A stretch of 59,316 bases of DNA, filler included, from Sphacelaria rigidula (Eukaryota), in assembly GCA_964200075.2 (NCBI GenBank). It is 6 parts of 6 records of this genome, joined end to end, with 100 filler letters (N's around TTAATTAATTAA, not from the genome) between each part and the next. Parts side by side here need not be neighbours in the genome. Positions count along the whole stretch, not along the records: positions 29,710 to 39,512 come from CAXNAA020007730.1; positions 39,613 to 49,414 come from CAXNAA020007731.1; positions 49,515 to 59,316 come from CAXNAA020007732.1; 3 more parts are not named here. The stretch is one strand, 5' to 3'. Position 1 is the first letter of the stretch, and each line of letters begins with the position of its first letter. The translations under genes and the position numbers were made by a program. Positions 39,182 to 52,155 of this stretch are shown one piece after another. Below the pieces are notes generated by a model. That model worked only from the letters and a program-made list of their open reading frames with translations, was not told where the DNA came from and did no database searches.

Positions 39182-39293
39182 TTGACCGTCAGACCGCGAG
39201 AGAAGGTCACCTGCTGAATCGGCATCAATATTCACTGGGAAAAAGTACACGCGTGGTCCAGATGGACTACGGGCACCGCGGTCCAAGGGTTAA
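39182..39293. mobile_element. Short piggyBac-like MITE (family also at ~53825-53934, ~30640-30716 and ~14190-14395)
   Basis: Ends CGCGGTCCAAGGGTTAA. The internal GAATCGGCATCAAT..CACT is the reverse complement of 53884-53902. Confidence 0.6.
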
Positions 39294-39512
39294 GCAACTC
39301 TGGCTAGGTGCGCCCAACGAAATGCGGTGTACACGCGTGTCGATGACGATATCTCCGGAGAGAAAAGCAACGACAGAGAGGAAGCTCCTCGCCCATGCCC
39401 TTTGTGTGTCCCCGCTCGGTGATTACCAAACTCTCGAGAGACTGGCATCCTTGATCTTACCAGCACTTGCCAATTTTTTCATATGCCAGCGCATCCACGT
39501 GCGGAGAAATTC

Positions 39513-39612
39513 NNNNNNNNNNNNNNNNNNNNNNNNNNNNNNNNNNNNNNNNNNNNTTAATTAATTAANNNNNNNNNNNNNNNNNNNNNNNNNNNNNNNN
39601 NNNNNNNNNNNN
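39513..39612. other. Artificial contig linker
   Basis: 44N-TTAATTAATTAA-44N. Confidence 0.99.
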
Positions 39613-40437
39613 ATCAAGAACAACAACACAGGTCCACGACCTCTATTTCATACAGACCCGCGCGCTGAGTACAAGATTCAGCCCTTACAGACAACATGTA
39701 TATCACTTCTTGGTAGCACGTTTGGGGGTGCAGACGAATGAAACACAGCAAATACTGATTCTGGGCGATACCGTCGATACGCTCTCGCAACGGTTATCCC
39801 GCAGCCCAAAGTTCGTGCACCGTAAGTGGATGCATATGTGGACATAGTGTTCCACCCACTTCCACATCAGGAGCACCCGTGAGGGGACAGTGCTGGGCAA
39901 GCAAACATTGATCTGTACTGGGGTACCCTCTGGAAAATGACAATGTGTACACAAGTCATCCAGGCATCGTCTGTAGAGGTGCTCAGTGCGGGAGGCACGG
40001 CCGTGCACGTGCTGTCGTCGCTACAACGTCCTGAAACTTCGACCACATATTATGTAAATCACAGTCGACAAGCCCATATGCCTGGATCTGGGATTGCGAT
40101 GCGCAACAGTGCATGGCGGACTGAACAGAGGTCACGTTTTGCTCCGTTTTGTTTTGTTTTTGGCGCCAGAAACTGGAGGATTCACGGTCTGCAGTCGGTT
40201 GGGGTTAGGGTCAAGATTAGCTTTACATGGTTCGACAGAGACAGGGTGTGTGTGTGTGTCAACCACCGCGTATTTTCGCTGATCTGCGACAAAGCCGCAT
40301 CGACCAAGGACGAACCGATGACTACACAGGATGGTACAGTGCAGTTACTGGCAAGCGCACAGGGCTAGCAGTGTGGTACGAAACTGCAGCTACATTCACT
40401 ACTGTATGTAGTGTATGTTATTGTATTACGTTGAACT

Positions 40438-40583
40438 ACCGCGTGCTTTTTGGACCGCATCGGAATTTGAACACCCCAGGATCGACGTTTCCCAAGACCG
40501 CTCGGGCCAGTCCATAACACTGACACTAACACCAACACAAACCATAGGGGTATTTGAACTCCGATGCGGTCCAAAGAGCACGC
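40438..40583. mobile_element. MITE with a degenerate telomere-like internal tract (same family as 57741-57931)
   Basis: TIRs GCGTGCTTTTTGGACCGCATCGGA / TCCGATGCGGTCCAAAGAGCACGC, with internal CAGGATCGA...TCGGGCCAGTCC followed by TAACAC-type hexamers. Confidence 0.75.
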
Positions 40584-43073
40584 ACTCCTCTTACGCATTC
40601 TGCAGTACAGTCGATCGTGCGATACATGTACAGGGGTCAACCATTAAACTACTCGTGTTGTACCACGCATGTATCCTGTATGTACCAGGATCTCGCAAGG
40701 CATTATGATGTGACCGAGACAACCGACCAGCAACTGCTCTGAATAGACCAGTTGATACCAAAGCAGGGCCTTATCCCCTAGATATTTCCTCCATCCAGGC
40801 GGGTGTACGGGATATCTCGCCCTCACGTCAAAGCAGGTATCGTCGCGCTGCTATGCAGATACTGCACCATACAGGCAGTAGCTGCAAGATGACGAGGTAT
40901 AACACCCTCTTTCCACCCTCGTCGACAGAAAATTTCAAGCTCGATTATCCCGGATACGTGTTCGCTACTACATTTCAAGTATGTTCAACAGATGGAAATA
41001 TATGCATTACTGGAAATGACGCATCGCCAGTGCTACATGTACGCAGGTTCTACTTGCAGTACAAGTAGGGAGCATAGAGTATGGACTCCCACCTCCCGAG
41101 ATCAAGCTTGAACAACTTGAACAACTTCTCGAACGGGGTGGGACGCGCGAGCGCGCGCGGTGGAGGGGGCGTTATTCTCCGCTGCCTACCCAAAGATATG
41201 ACACCAACGTACTTCTCGACACACCAAGCTCATGCTCTAACTGATTATGCATTGCACATCACAGACAGCGTGAACACACACACGAAGACCACACACCGCA
41301 GTACAGGAGACATAATTATACCAAACGTCCCCTAGCAGATATCGAACACACTGCCCACGCCGATCACCCTTACCAGCGCGACACGTGTCTATCGCCGCCG
41401 CCGCCGCCGCCGCCGCCGCTGCCTCCCGCGGACGTCCAGATGCAAATTACGTTCGAGATGCGGCGACAACATCATGCAAAAGAATGCGCTACGGTTGCGC
41501 CGGCACTGCCACAAAAGAATCTGATGCAAGAGTAGCCGCAACGAGGGCGATTGCCGTTACTAGTACTTGCTTCGCTGATGCGCGAGATATACTGTGATTG
41601 CAAGTGTGAGCGTACCGCGTGTTTTTCTGCCGCCAAATTGAGAGAGAGAAGCCGCCGTGGTTAGAGGAGTACACTCATTCAAGCCCTGGTAGAGATGTCG
41701 GTGGACAGTACTTGAAGAGCAAGAGGATCGAAAGATGAACGTTCACATAAAAGCATACTGGCGTAATGAAACGTGTAGAGCCTACCTTACTTTCAGACCC
41801 GCGGTAAAACCATCGACTTGTACATAATTTTCCACCCCTCTGGGTGAAAATGTTTACCTCCGAAACACTAACTGCAAGGTAAGCTCTTTGCTCCACAAAA
41901 ACGAATAAACTACGTACGGGTGCCAGAAAGGAAGAATCTAAACAACGGCATGGCGACGGGAAGGCACAACAAGAATGACGAACACAATAAAACAAAATGG
42001 TTTCGAAATACAGAAAAACAGTGTGGTGTGAATTGCCACAGCAGCACTCGTGTTTGACCCCGGCTGATGCACCCACACATACCGAGAGGCGTAGCCTGGC
42101 TCCCAGGATAAGTAGAATAATAAACGCGCGCACGCACACACGCAAGAACCGCTTCGAAAATATGTCAAGTGTGTGGAATAAAAAATCGCCAGACACAAGT
42201 ACGCGAAGCACCAGGTACCACACATACGAGATTGGCGGCTGTCGTTCGCATGAGAATTTGGAATGTGACAATTTACGCGTAGCATTTGACATTGTAAGGA
42301 TCCTGAGTAGCCGTTGTAGACAGTTGTTGGTCATGCCGCTTCTCCCGACCCTTTGGATAGATACACATGGTGCTGACAATTGAGCGAGGTGCAGATCTTT
42401 GAAAGAGGTCTCGATCGTTGGGAGATTTGGCATCGGGAATGTGGCCGTCCGTGTCGAGGCCGAGATCACGTGGAATGGATGCAGTAAAGCCAGTATCAAG
42501 AACTGACATCCACGCATCGGTCACGAAAACCATAGGAGGCATCAAGATTCTCGTTGAGCCCACCGAGAAATATGACAATACCCGTACGTTAATCATGTAA
42601 CCATATCCTTTAATGCGGCGTAATGAGCGATACGAAACTTTATTTAGCACAAGGAGCAACCCGGGCAGAAAAAGGAAAACGCGTGATCCCGCTTGCTCCC
42701 CTATCACTGTTGACTGTGAGCAACACAGAACTTTCCAGCTTGAGCTACAAAGGCAACAATACAATACTGATACCTGAACCACCGGGCAGTATTGTTCAAT
42801 ACACTACGCCACATCTCGCAGCCAAGCTCAGGTCGACCCGTCCGGGATCATATCTTGTCGCCCGGCCGAACGTCCACGGTTAGCACCCATATGCCCATCG
42901 ACCGAGTTCGTGCAGCACAAGTTAGCTCAGTCTCCTCGACCGGTGGTCAATAGGAAACTACTGTAAACAAACAACAGCACGCCGGCCAGCAGCAGCTCAG
43001 CATTGGCATACACACAGAACTACATCATCACCAACAACAACAACACCATCAACACCAGCGTCGTATATACGCA

Positions 43074-43403
43074 ATGATGATGTTAATGCTGCGACTTGTC
43101 CTGGAGCTTGCGCTGCTCCTAATCATCAGCGCATTTTTTTCCCCCGAAGGCGACGCGTTTGTCGCCCCACCCCACGCCAAGGCGCCGTTCACATCATCAT
43201 CTCACCCCAGGCAAGGCGCATGGACAAAGTCCTACGTGTCACCTACGGCAACCCACGCAAACCGGGCGCCAATCGGATACCCGATCACAGACATGGCTGG
43301 TCCTATCTTCGACGGCGAAGCTCCTAGCGCAGAGGTGGTGGTGACGAGTCGTAGGAGCAGAACTCTTCTCTTTGATTCTTTCGGAGAAGCGGAGCCAGAT
43401 TTG
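43074..43403 (+). CDS. First exon of a nucleus-encoded plastid-targeted protein (function unknown)
   Basis: CAA-rich leader, hydrophobic signal peptide (MLRLVLELALLLIISAFF), GDA-FVAP cleavage motif of the ASAFAP type, Ser/Thr/Ala/Pro-rich transit peptide and phase-0 donor TTG|gtgaga. Confidence 0.65.
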
Positions 43404-44653
43404 GTGAGACTGTGCTCTTCTTGCGAAGTAAACTCACGGTGGTTGAAGGGTTTGTTGTGGGGGCACAAGCACAAGATGCCGTTTAGACTATTCAAAAGCG
43501 AATTGTCGAGCAACGACGTAGAGCGGTGGGGGGCATGCCCGTGCCTGTGTTTCCAAGCATTTGAGACCCCATAGAGTGCTCAGTTGTTCTCCTCTGCCTT
43601 GTTCACTGGAGATCGTCTGCATACAGAACGGCGCCACACAGAGAGGAGCTCTTGAGGCGTAGTCAAACATATAGAAAGTCTGCAGAGTTCCCTTTTGTTC
43701 GCGAGTCGAGATGAATCTCATGGTCGGCGACAATCTAACTGAACTGGGCGCCCTTTTTTGATGAACAGCGAAATGGGATGATAAGTGCTGCTGCTACCGG
43801 CATCATGCGGATAATAAATCGAAACATTGACTGTTCGAATACCTCATCTTGAAGTGGGACTCACAACTTCCGAGATTAGCACGGCGTTGCAGCCGAAAAT
43901 CCGGGGCATGCATGTGTTCTGCGCTGGTACAGAGCTGATGCGCTCGTGAACGACACAGCACTGTAGGGAGAAAACTCTGTGAAGAGGATACTCGTGCAAG
44001 GGAATGACCCTCGACACGTCGATTCTGTGCAATGACATACTGAAGAACGGATCCAAAGCGATTCAACGCAAACAAAATGCTGTACTTCTCGCAACAGGCG
44101 CACGAATTGTCCCCAACAGACACGATAAATGCTACAGTGAGACACTCTAGTGTTATTAGCCAGGTGGTGACGAAGATAAGCTGAATGCGCTTGTTGTTCC
44201 AAACAATGTGACTCAATCGATCGCTTTCGCACACGCTCACTCTTCTCTGCCTGTACTTCTACTACTACTGCAACCTGTATGAGACTGTTGCATGAAGAAT
44301 GAGCCGCTATACGGAGGGGTGCATGATCCTGGGTTACGGTTGTGCTGGCCCGTCTCTATTCTTCCTTGTTTGTTTGTTTCATTGTCAGTGTACTTCTCGA
44401 TCTTCCTTTAGCGGGTGTTTCTATGAACTCACGTTGGGAAATCACATCTATCTTGAGAGCAAGCCTGGGTTTTTAGCCAATCAACTAACAATATCAGACG
44501 GTGGTCAGGTAATGTCAGGGGAATAATTTATCAATGGACTAATGAATATTGATCTTAAGCTTCAAGCGAAGTCATTCACGCTCGCCCCTATCCCCTTACC
44601 CCGTGAGTAGGATCCATCTGATAGTCTCATGACTGCGGCATGCAGAATCATAA

Positions 44654-44960
44654 CACACGCGGTCATTTGGCTACCCCCCAAAATGCCTCCGGAGGGATGC
44701 GTGGCTCTTCAAAGGCAAAACAAGCCTCCGGAGGCCTTGAATCCCTCCCGAAAACACCAAAAACTACCGCTCTGGAGGGCCGAGCACCCCTTCGGAGGAA
44801 TTTGGGGTGAGTAAAATGCCTCCGGAGGGATGCGCGACCCTCCAGAGGCAAAAACAAGCCTACGAGGGCGTTTAGTTCCTCTGGGGGCGCTTTAACCCTC
44901 AGAGGTTCGAAAATTGACCGCTCTGGAGGAATTTAGGGGGTAGCTAAACGGCCGCGTGTG
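44654..44960. mobile_element. MITE with CACAC termini and internal CCTCCGGAGG subrepeats
   Basis: TIR CACACGCGGTCATTTGGCTACCCCC / GGGGGTAGCTAAACGGCCGCGTGTG, an internal tandem ~135-bp unit and repeated palindromic CCTCCGGAGG. No TSD is evident. Confidence 0.75.
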
Positions 44961-47900
44961 CAGTACACACCCCCTGAACAGGATAAAGGGTAAGCACGAG
45001 AGCAGGAGTGAAATAAACCAGGGTTCGAATCACATCCCCACATTCCCCACCGGCCGCCTTGATGTGCTTTGTATGCGCTGAGTATTCAGCTCCTCCCTTC
45101 GACCGCGACCGTTGGCGCTGACAAGAAGTCAGACACAAGTAAGTCAGCATCATTGGCCGCCACGTGGAAGGTGGACGCTGCCCTGGCGGTAGGCATCGCC
45201 GGTGAGAACAAGTGCAGTAGGGAACATATTGTTGACGACTCTTTCAGGGCGTAACGGGGTGCGTTCGTCTTTATCAAACACGATAATCTCACTAAACAAC
45301 GGTACTGCTGACATCGAGATATGTATCGATATTGGTAAGATGAACTTCCGCACAAAAACATTATCCACGAACGCACAATGGTCGGGGGTCCGCAAGCAGC
45401 TAAGTACGTGGTTGGTTGATTGTTTGAGGGATTCACGAAACATTGTTTCACGTGGAGCGATGTATTCGTAGAGATCACATCGCAGATCGAGGAACATACA
45501 TCCTAGTTTTCTGCAGGTCTGATCTCAGCGATGAACTGTGTAGCCAAGGCACCCTGAGTGAAGGCTGATGCCTCTATTCGTGGATACAATATATGCTGTG
45601 TATATGGTTTCAGTCGAATAGCATGCGGCCAAGGTACAGAACTCTGTCGGGAGTTTAAGGTGGGCCAGTAAGGGGAAATAAGGGCACTGTCACTGATTGG
45701 ACCACTTTGAAAAGACTGTTGTTGTAACTTCGCCAGATCTCATCGAATCGACGAACCAGACACGCCGTATTGTTTCCACCACGGAGGGCTTCAACCGCCG
45801 GGTGGGATGCATTGGCGGTATAGTCCGTCTTTCAGGACAACTGCAGAAACTAGGGAATGATGCTTGGCGTGAAAAATAAGGCAACGGGCTGACTGCTTTG
45901 CACATCCTGCTAATAAGTGACCCGCCACAAATTAGTCGTGATCGCAAGGTAAACGTTCCGGAATGTGTGGATAATCAAGACATTTGCTTACGTTAACTCA
46001 ACTGAAAGAAGTAAAGGAAGGAGGAAGTGGGATTGGCGAACAAGGGAACAAAGAACTCGTCGAAATGAGCCTTCCGTGTGCCTTTTTCGGGATACGATCT
46101 TACTCTAAATAGTACAAGATCTCCGCATTGGGCATAGGGCCAACCGAATAGTCGCGGAAGACGATAGCGAGTGCACTATCTGCTGAACTCTGTCAGTAAA
46201 ACGATTATGCAGGAAATTATGGATATCGTGGAGGGTCCCACGGACCCGCTTCGTCCCCTTTACAGATTGGATTTCCCGGAAACCAACTACCCACCGTGAA
46301 GGACGCGCAGTCATTGCTGAAGTTAGTTGTACTTTATACTGCTGCCCTGTCATCACACTTTTCCGTCCGTTACAACAGCGCTACACATGAGTACGTACAC
46401 CAATTAGGCGTGTTTGTCTCCATTTATATGCCTTTTTTCATGTAAATATAATCCCACTCCTGCATAAACCCTTGGCGATGATAGCCAAAGCGCTAGGCTG
46501 AGATGGGATAAGACCTGGCAAAACACGACATCCTTAGCGTTGACGGACTCCGCATATCCTTGCCCCCTTCCCACTCCCTCCCCTCCGCCACTCTTCATGT
46601 GTACAAAATACCAGGTCCATCCCGCGCGACTGACATCACTCAATCGTCGGCAGGAAGAATGGCGGCGGCCTATCGTTTCCACCACGGGGTGACAACACCC
46701 GACCCCGTGGGCAACGCTGATGCCACATCTCTTGACACGGCCCGTGGTACCATCATCATCGGCGACACCATCGCCGTCGATGCCACCACGCACACCGCCT
46801 CGACGGCCACCCACGAGGCGATCGCCACGATAACGACCACCGCCACGGCCGCGACAGTGGCTGCAGCTCTTCCGACGATGACAACGTCAGCTCCCACGAT
46901 TGTCACTAGGACAACGACGGTACCGGTGGCTGACACCGTCGTTTCATCTGCCACTACAGGAGAGTCGAACACGGCGAACGAAAATCGCCAAATTTCTCTG
47001 AAAAAGCAGAGTGCCGCTGCGGGGAACGATGCGCAGGTGAGGGGGTTGTTTCGGGTTACCTCATAAGAGCGTTCGGCCAGCGCCAAATCGTGAATGGTGA
47101 GTGGTGAGCAATTGCTTGTTCGTCTTGTGTCCCGTTTTCGTGGCGGTGTAGGAATGAGCCTTTCTGCGGATGGCGTTGGTGCGTTTGCAATATTTGGTAT
47201 TGGAGATGGACCGGAATTTTGCTCGTTCTCAGGATATAGATTGTCGGGGGAATGTTTGGCTGCAACCATTGCGATGTTTTCTCTATATAGGTATATAATA
47301 TGCTTCGACGGGTGTTCATTTCTCGCCTGGTTTATGTGTCTTGGTTTTAGCCCTCTGTGTCTTTGTGTTTCCTTTTGTCGTTTGTACTGGGTCCATCTTG
47401 GTGTTATTGTGTTTTGCCTTCGCTTCCTCCCGTTCCTTCAGTTCCTTCCCTCCCTTCACGTTTTCCCCTCCTCTCTATTTTTTGTTTTTGCATTTGCGTG
47501 CATGAGTGTGCCGGTGGTTTTTGTTTTCCAGCTTTTGTTCTGACCCTCGTTTTTCAGTTCACCGTGTCCTGTGTATTTGTGTATAGTTTCCAACATGCCC
47601 TACTATGGTGGCCACCAATAAGTTGAGTCGCACAATATTTCGCTCGATATTGTGCATGGCTCAACGAACATGGGTGCATAATGACCGAGAGTGAAATCGA
47701 CAAAGATTGGAATAAAACAGCTGACAGGAAAGGAAGTTTTGACCGGTAACAGGCATCGGCTGTCGGTTTTCTCCCTATCGCAGCCCCTGTAACAAGTGAC
47801 GGCTCAAATGACCGCACAGACAACTACAATTGAAAACAAAATGATGAGCAGAAGCAAATCGAGATTCTTGTTAAATGCGCTGGATTGTTTGAATTTTTTA

Positions 47901-49414
47901 ATAGAATGCAACGTTTTCTCACCCAATATTGACACTCATCATGCATCGAGCGATGTCTCAAAATGACCGCATGAACAGTAGGGCTCACAAGGAAAAAGAA
48001 AGGTAATATTAAAAATAGTAGCTACGAGTGTTTTGATCGAATTGCGATCGATAGCTGGCTCTTCTCCTTCCTTGGTGACCACTGTAGCACTGCAATGGGC
48101 GTACGGACGTTGACCCAGCAGCGACGTTAGGTGCTCGTTGTATGATTTCGATGAAGTCACTACTTTGCGGTCTGTTCAGTCATGGCTACTGCATTCAACT
48201 CGTGAGCGGTATCCCCTTCCTCTGGTATTCTTGCACCTGCCCCGCCCCCTTCAGCGTGCGTGCTCTGTCCTCATGAATTGCCTTGTTTTCATCGTGTCGA
48301 TCGACGGCCTGAATCAACACCCTCGGCAACGATTCCCCGATCCCCCTTGTACCCCAGGCATCGACGGCCTCGTGGAGCCTTGTCGACACGTCCACGCCTC
48401 TACCCCAACCACTACAACCACCACTAATAATGACTAGAATAACAACACGAAAAGAAAACATCGCAATCGTTGCCAACCTCACAACAGCCAACAGCAACGA
48501 ACGGCAAACAATCACAACTCCACGCCGCAAATAGTCACCGAACCAACCCACTACCCACGCGACACAGGACGGGGCTCCTCCCCCCGAAACAGCCGTCGAC
48601 GTCGTGGCTAACCCATCATCACGATCACCCGGCCTGCACAAGATACCGTGGGCCGAGCGACAGGTCGGGCGTCTGAGGAAGAAGGTCGAGACGACGTGGC
48701 GAAGGGGTCCAAAAAGGACAGTAAGGATCATCACGACACCGCCCTTGACCATGAAGGTTGCTGGCAGATGGCTACGTTCCTCTCGCGGGTTCGCCACATG
48801 GGCAGGGGGTAGAGTTGGGTGGTACTTTGGGGGAAAAGCCGGCGGGAATTTAGGTGGACTAGTAGGCAGGCACTTTGTAGCTTTGCTGGCTCGAAGGTTG
48901 AGCCTTGCACTGGGGGCTGCCGAAGGTATCACGAAAGCCAAAAACACTCCACGGTGGGTACTTTACTTTACCACTCGCTTTGATGTGACATTAGTCTCGC
49001 TAAAGACGGAGTTGAGGAGGGCAGCCCTGAAATTCTTCTGGCACCGATATGGCCAGTGAGCACGGCGACTGTAGATGTCTAGTACGGCAAGGGGTATTGG
49101 CTGCCCCCCGGTCGTCGCACACGTGCTACACAAGTGTTTCGGTGGGTGGATGGGGTGAGGGATGTGGAGTTTCGATTCCTGCATTATTTCCTTTGTGGAA
49201 GCATGATGGCGTTATGCCCTCTTTTATTTTAGGGTCTTACTATTTACGTCAACGTTGACGTAATCTGTTACATCCGTCAACGTTCAGCACCCGTCCCACA
49301 AGCCCCGCATGGACACAGCAACACATGGAAAACACTCACACAGTCTCTAGCTATCGTTCAAGCCATCGCACGGAGCAAACGGACCTATAACGGAAGCGGT
49401 ACATGCATGATGCA

Positions 49415-49514
49415 NNNNNNNNNNNNNNNNNNNNNNNNNNNNNNNNNNNNNNNNNNNNTTAATTAATTAANNNNNNNNNNNNNNNNNNNNNNNNNNNNNN
49501 NNNNNNNNNNNNNN
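49415..49514. other. Artificial contig linker
   Basis: 44N-TTAATTAATTAA-44N. Confidence 0.99.
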
Positions 49515-51485
49515 AAACCTCCTACAATGTCCCCTAGCTCGACTCTGTACACGAGTCACCCTACCCATCCGGGCGTCGGTCCTCAGAAAGGTGTTCGTTT
49601 GCCCTCCTACGACCCCCTATACGTGGTGAGGATTGGGTTATGGTCGGCGCATGACGGCACCGACTGTCGAAGTTTTTTTCCTGATAATCGGGTTTTTCCT
49701 CACAGAGTTTCACCGCTGGCTGGGTTTTCCCGCGGCAGCTCTCAGATATATTCGTTTCCGAGAATCCTTCCTCACCACCCGCCCGACGCCTTCGACGGAG
49801 GAAGTGGCGCAGAGGAGAGAGAGTGTTCAATGGGGGGCCCACCAGGAGTGCGATATGTGATGAGTAAGGCCTGCGCCCTTGCGGTGGACTGTTCGTTTTC
49901 CTTCTTTAATTCTGTTCAAGGGAACACGGTGCGGATCGTGAGCACGTAATCGTGAGGGAATCCATCCGATTCAAGTCGCAGGCGCGATCCCAGCGCTATA
50001 CACGTGGTGGATCGGAGCAGGCCGTGGATCGACAGAGCCATGGTACTTACTCCCTTCGTTTGCGGGCACACGTCGTCGCCTGTGATTCAGTGGGGTAAAT
50101 TGTAGGATGCGTTTTTTTATTCTCCATCTGGTACACGCCGGTGTGGTGTACAAAGTGGGTGCGGTGCACACGCAGGCTGGTGCGATTGCGCTCAGGGCAT
50201 TCCGCAGGTGGGAGTCGACGGTCATATACGCGAGAAATCACCCTGTTGTTGAGTGGGTGATTCATGAGGTTTTCTGTACCCCCCCTCCCCCCCCCCCCCC
50301 ATGCCGGGGGGGGAGGAGGGACGGGAGGGCATAGTGTGACAAAATTCGGAAGCAACTGCGAAAATAAGCGATAACCCGGTTGACTAGCTTGCGCAGTGAC
50401 TGATGTGTTTTACGTTTACAGTGTCAATGCCATCCGACGCCAACCCGATAGCGGGTCTGTTCCTACAAAGCTGGGAGGGAGCACGCAGGGTTTTCGCCGG
50501 AACAGGCTCGCACTCGATCACCAAGCACGAAGCGCTGTGGTGTGTATGGCGAATCGCATGAAGGGCGAGCCGTATCCTGCTCAAGACTGTACGGCCCGAA
50601 GCGTACCGACCATCTTGCATGCATGCAAATGACAGCCTGCAGTGAATGGCTTCATTTTCTGGTATCGCCACTTCCAGAGATGGCCCGCGGCTTAAACACT
50701 GCATCATGGGTGTTTTCATCATACAGAGGAAGGGGGGAGGGGGGAGTCGTTTGGCCACTGATCACGCAATCCTTTCGAGACGGAGGGAGTACTCATGATC
50801 TCGCATGCCGTTGTCATGGGGCAATTGGCCTTGCAACCCTGAAAAGCCAGGACGGAGCACGCCGGGATTTCGCCGGACCAGGCTTTTGAGAGGAGGGGGG
50901 GAGGGGGGCATTGCCCAAAATTCGATAATTTGATGATGCCTGACTATGACCGGATATAGATATAAGGGAAAGGGGAGCGGAGGGGGGATAGGAGTGGTCC
51001 AAGTGTCAGCAACGTCCGCCCTTATGGATTAGAACAATATTTACCGATTTCACTCTTTGACCGATACGTCGATTGATGTTTCGATCGCACTTTAGATTAC
51101 TGCATACAAAAAAATGAGCTGTATGCTTCAAGCGGTGTGTTCATCACCACCATGTGAATGTATGCCCCAGCGAAATGAACGAAACCAATCGCCGAGGGAA
51201 CCCCGACGACAAAGGTGCAGAAAGATGAAGAAAAGGGGAAGCTACGAAACACAGCCACACACACATAATCGAGAACCACCTCGGCTGCTCGCACAGTACA
51301 GCAGGCGCCTGTAAGACCTCCAAAAACATCCGAAGACATCTCACCGTGGGGTCTAGTATTTCGTCCGTGGGCAAGCGGGGAACCAGGAGGAGGAAGGGAC
51401 GCGGGGAGAAGATATAAAACAAGGCACCTACCAGCGATTGTAACTTCGGGAACCCTCCCTTACGCAACAGGACATGTTTGGTCAC

Positions 51486-51607
51486 CTCATTTGCTTGCCA
51501 CGTTAACGACGAGGAACGCCTTCTTCTCGCCCCGGTACGTCGACAGGTCCACCTCGCCTCCGGTGGCGTCCTTAACCTTGAAGTCGAAGATAGATTTCGT
51601 TGCCACT
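51486..51607 (-). CDS. GPX: Glutathione peroxidase exon 3 with in-frame TGA (predicted selenocysteine); gene continues beyond the recognisable sequence
   Basis: gacag|A GTG...AGC AAA TGA G|gtgacc encodes [41 protein letters not shown]. This is the canonical GPx N-terminus with TGA (51487-51489) at the peroxidatic residue. Confidence 0.92.
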
Positions 51608-52155
51608 CTGTCGTCATGACGGGTAGGGGGCATGATCCAACACAAGGAGGGCACGACAGACGGAGGCGGGGCAGATGAAGTGGGGGAAGGGTTTTGTCCG
51701 ATTAAGTTACTCACGCCTGGAACGCCCACGCCTTTCTGCTCCAAGAATCCGACCGGGCAGTTCCGAGGACATTTGGAGTATGGCCATTGCATGCAGTAAT
51801 TGCTCTCTCATGGCCTCTCTGAGCGCTCACAGGGATAAAGCCGTTTTTTCTTGAGAGTGTGGCGAGTGTAGCAATCTGTGCTAGTATCAACTATTCATGT
51901 GGTGGAGCGGGCGACGTGAACTTTGGGGGGAGTAGGGAGGGGGGGTCACCATGCTTGGCACTCACAGCTGTATCTACGGCAGGCTCCGTGACACCATTTA
52001 ACGCAGCCGCAGCACCTCCGTGTACTACGCAGTGCAATCGCCCTGCATCTACTCGGTACTGTCTGTACTGTCTGTACCGACGACGGCTAAGGCATGCGCG
52101 TGGCCAATCAGTGCATGCATGGATAAATCAATCAACATATGCAGCCCACACTCAC

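Noticed and set aside
41675-42517. 280-aa ORF as a single-exon gene
   Set aside because: The composition is typical of read-through intronic or non-coding DNA (Cys/Phe/Val-rich), with no domain.
46404-49059. Long ORFs (46560-47066, 46670-47269, 48195-48947) as genes
   Set aside because: They are low-complexity, open on both strands and have no recognisable domain, so they are possibly TE remnants.
49515-51485. GPX exon 4 and SECIS element
   Set aside because: I found no LT..NY..L or FPCNQF coding sequence and no convincing SECIS by eye. These probably lie beyond the contig end.
51487-51792. 101-aa ORF as a complete gene or a nonsense-mutated pseudogene
   Set aside because: Its N-terminal 60 aa are intronic read-through, and the TGA is at the catalytic position with intact splice sites, which favours Sec.
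51715-51818. Extra GPX cassette exon ending at the GTGAGT donor at 51714
   Set aside because: Its phase is incompatible between exons 2 and 3, and there is no in-frame ATG for use as an alternative first exon.
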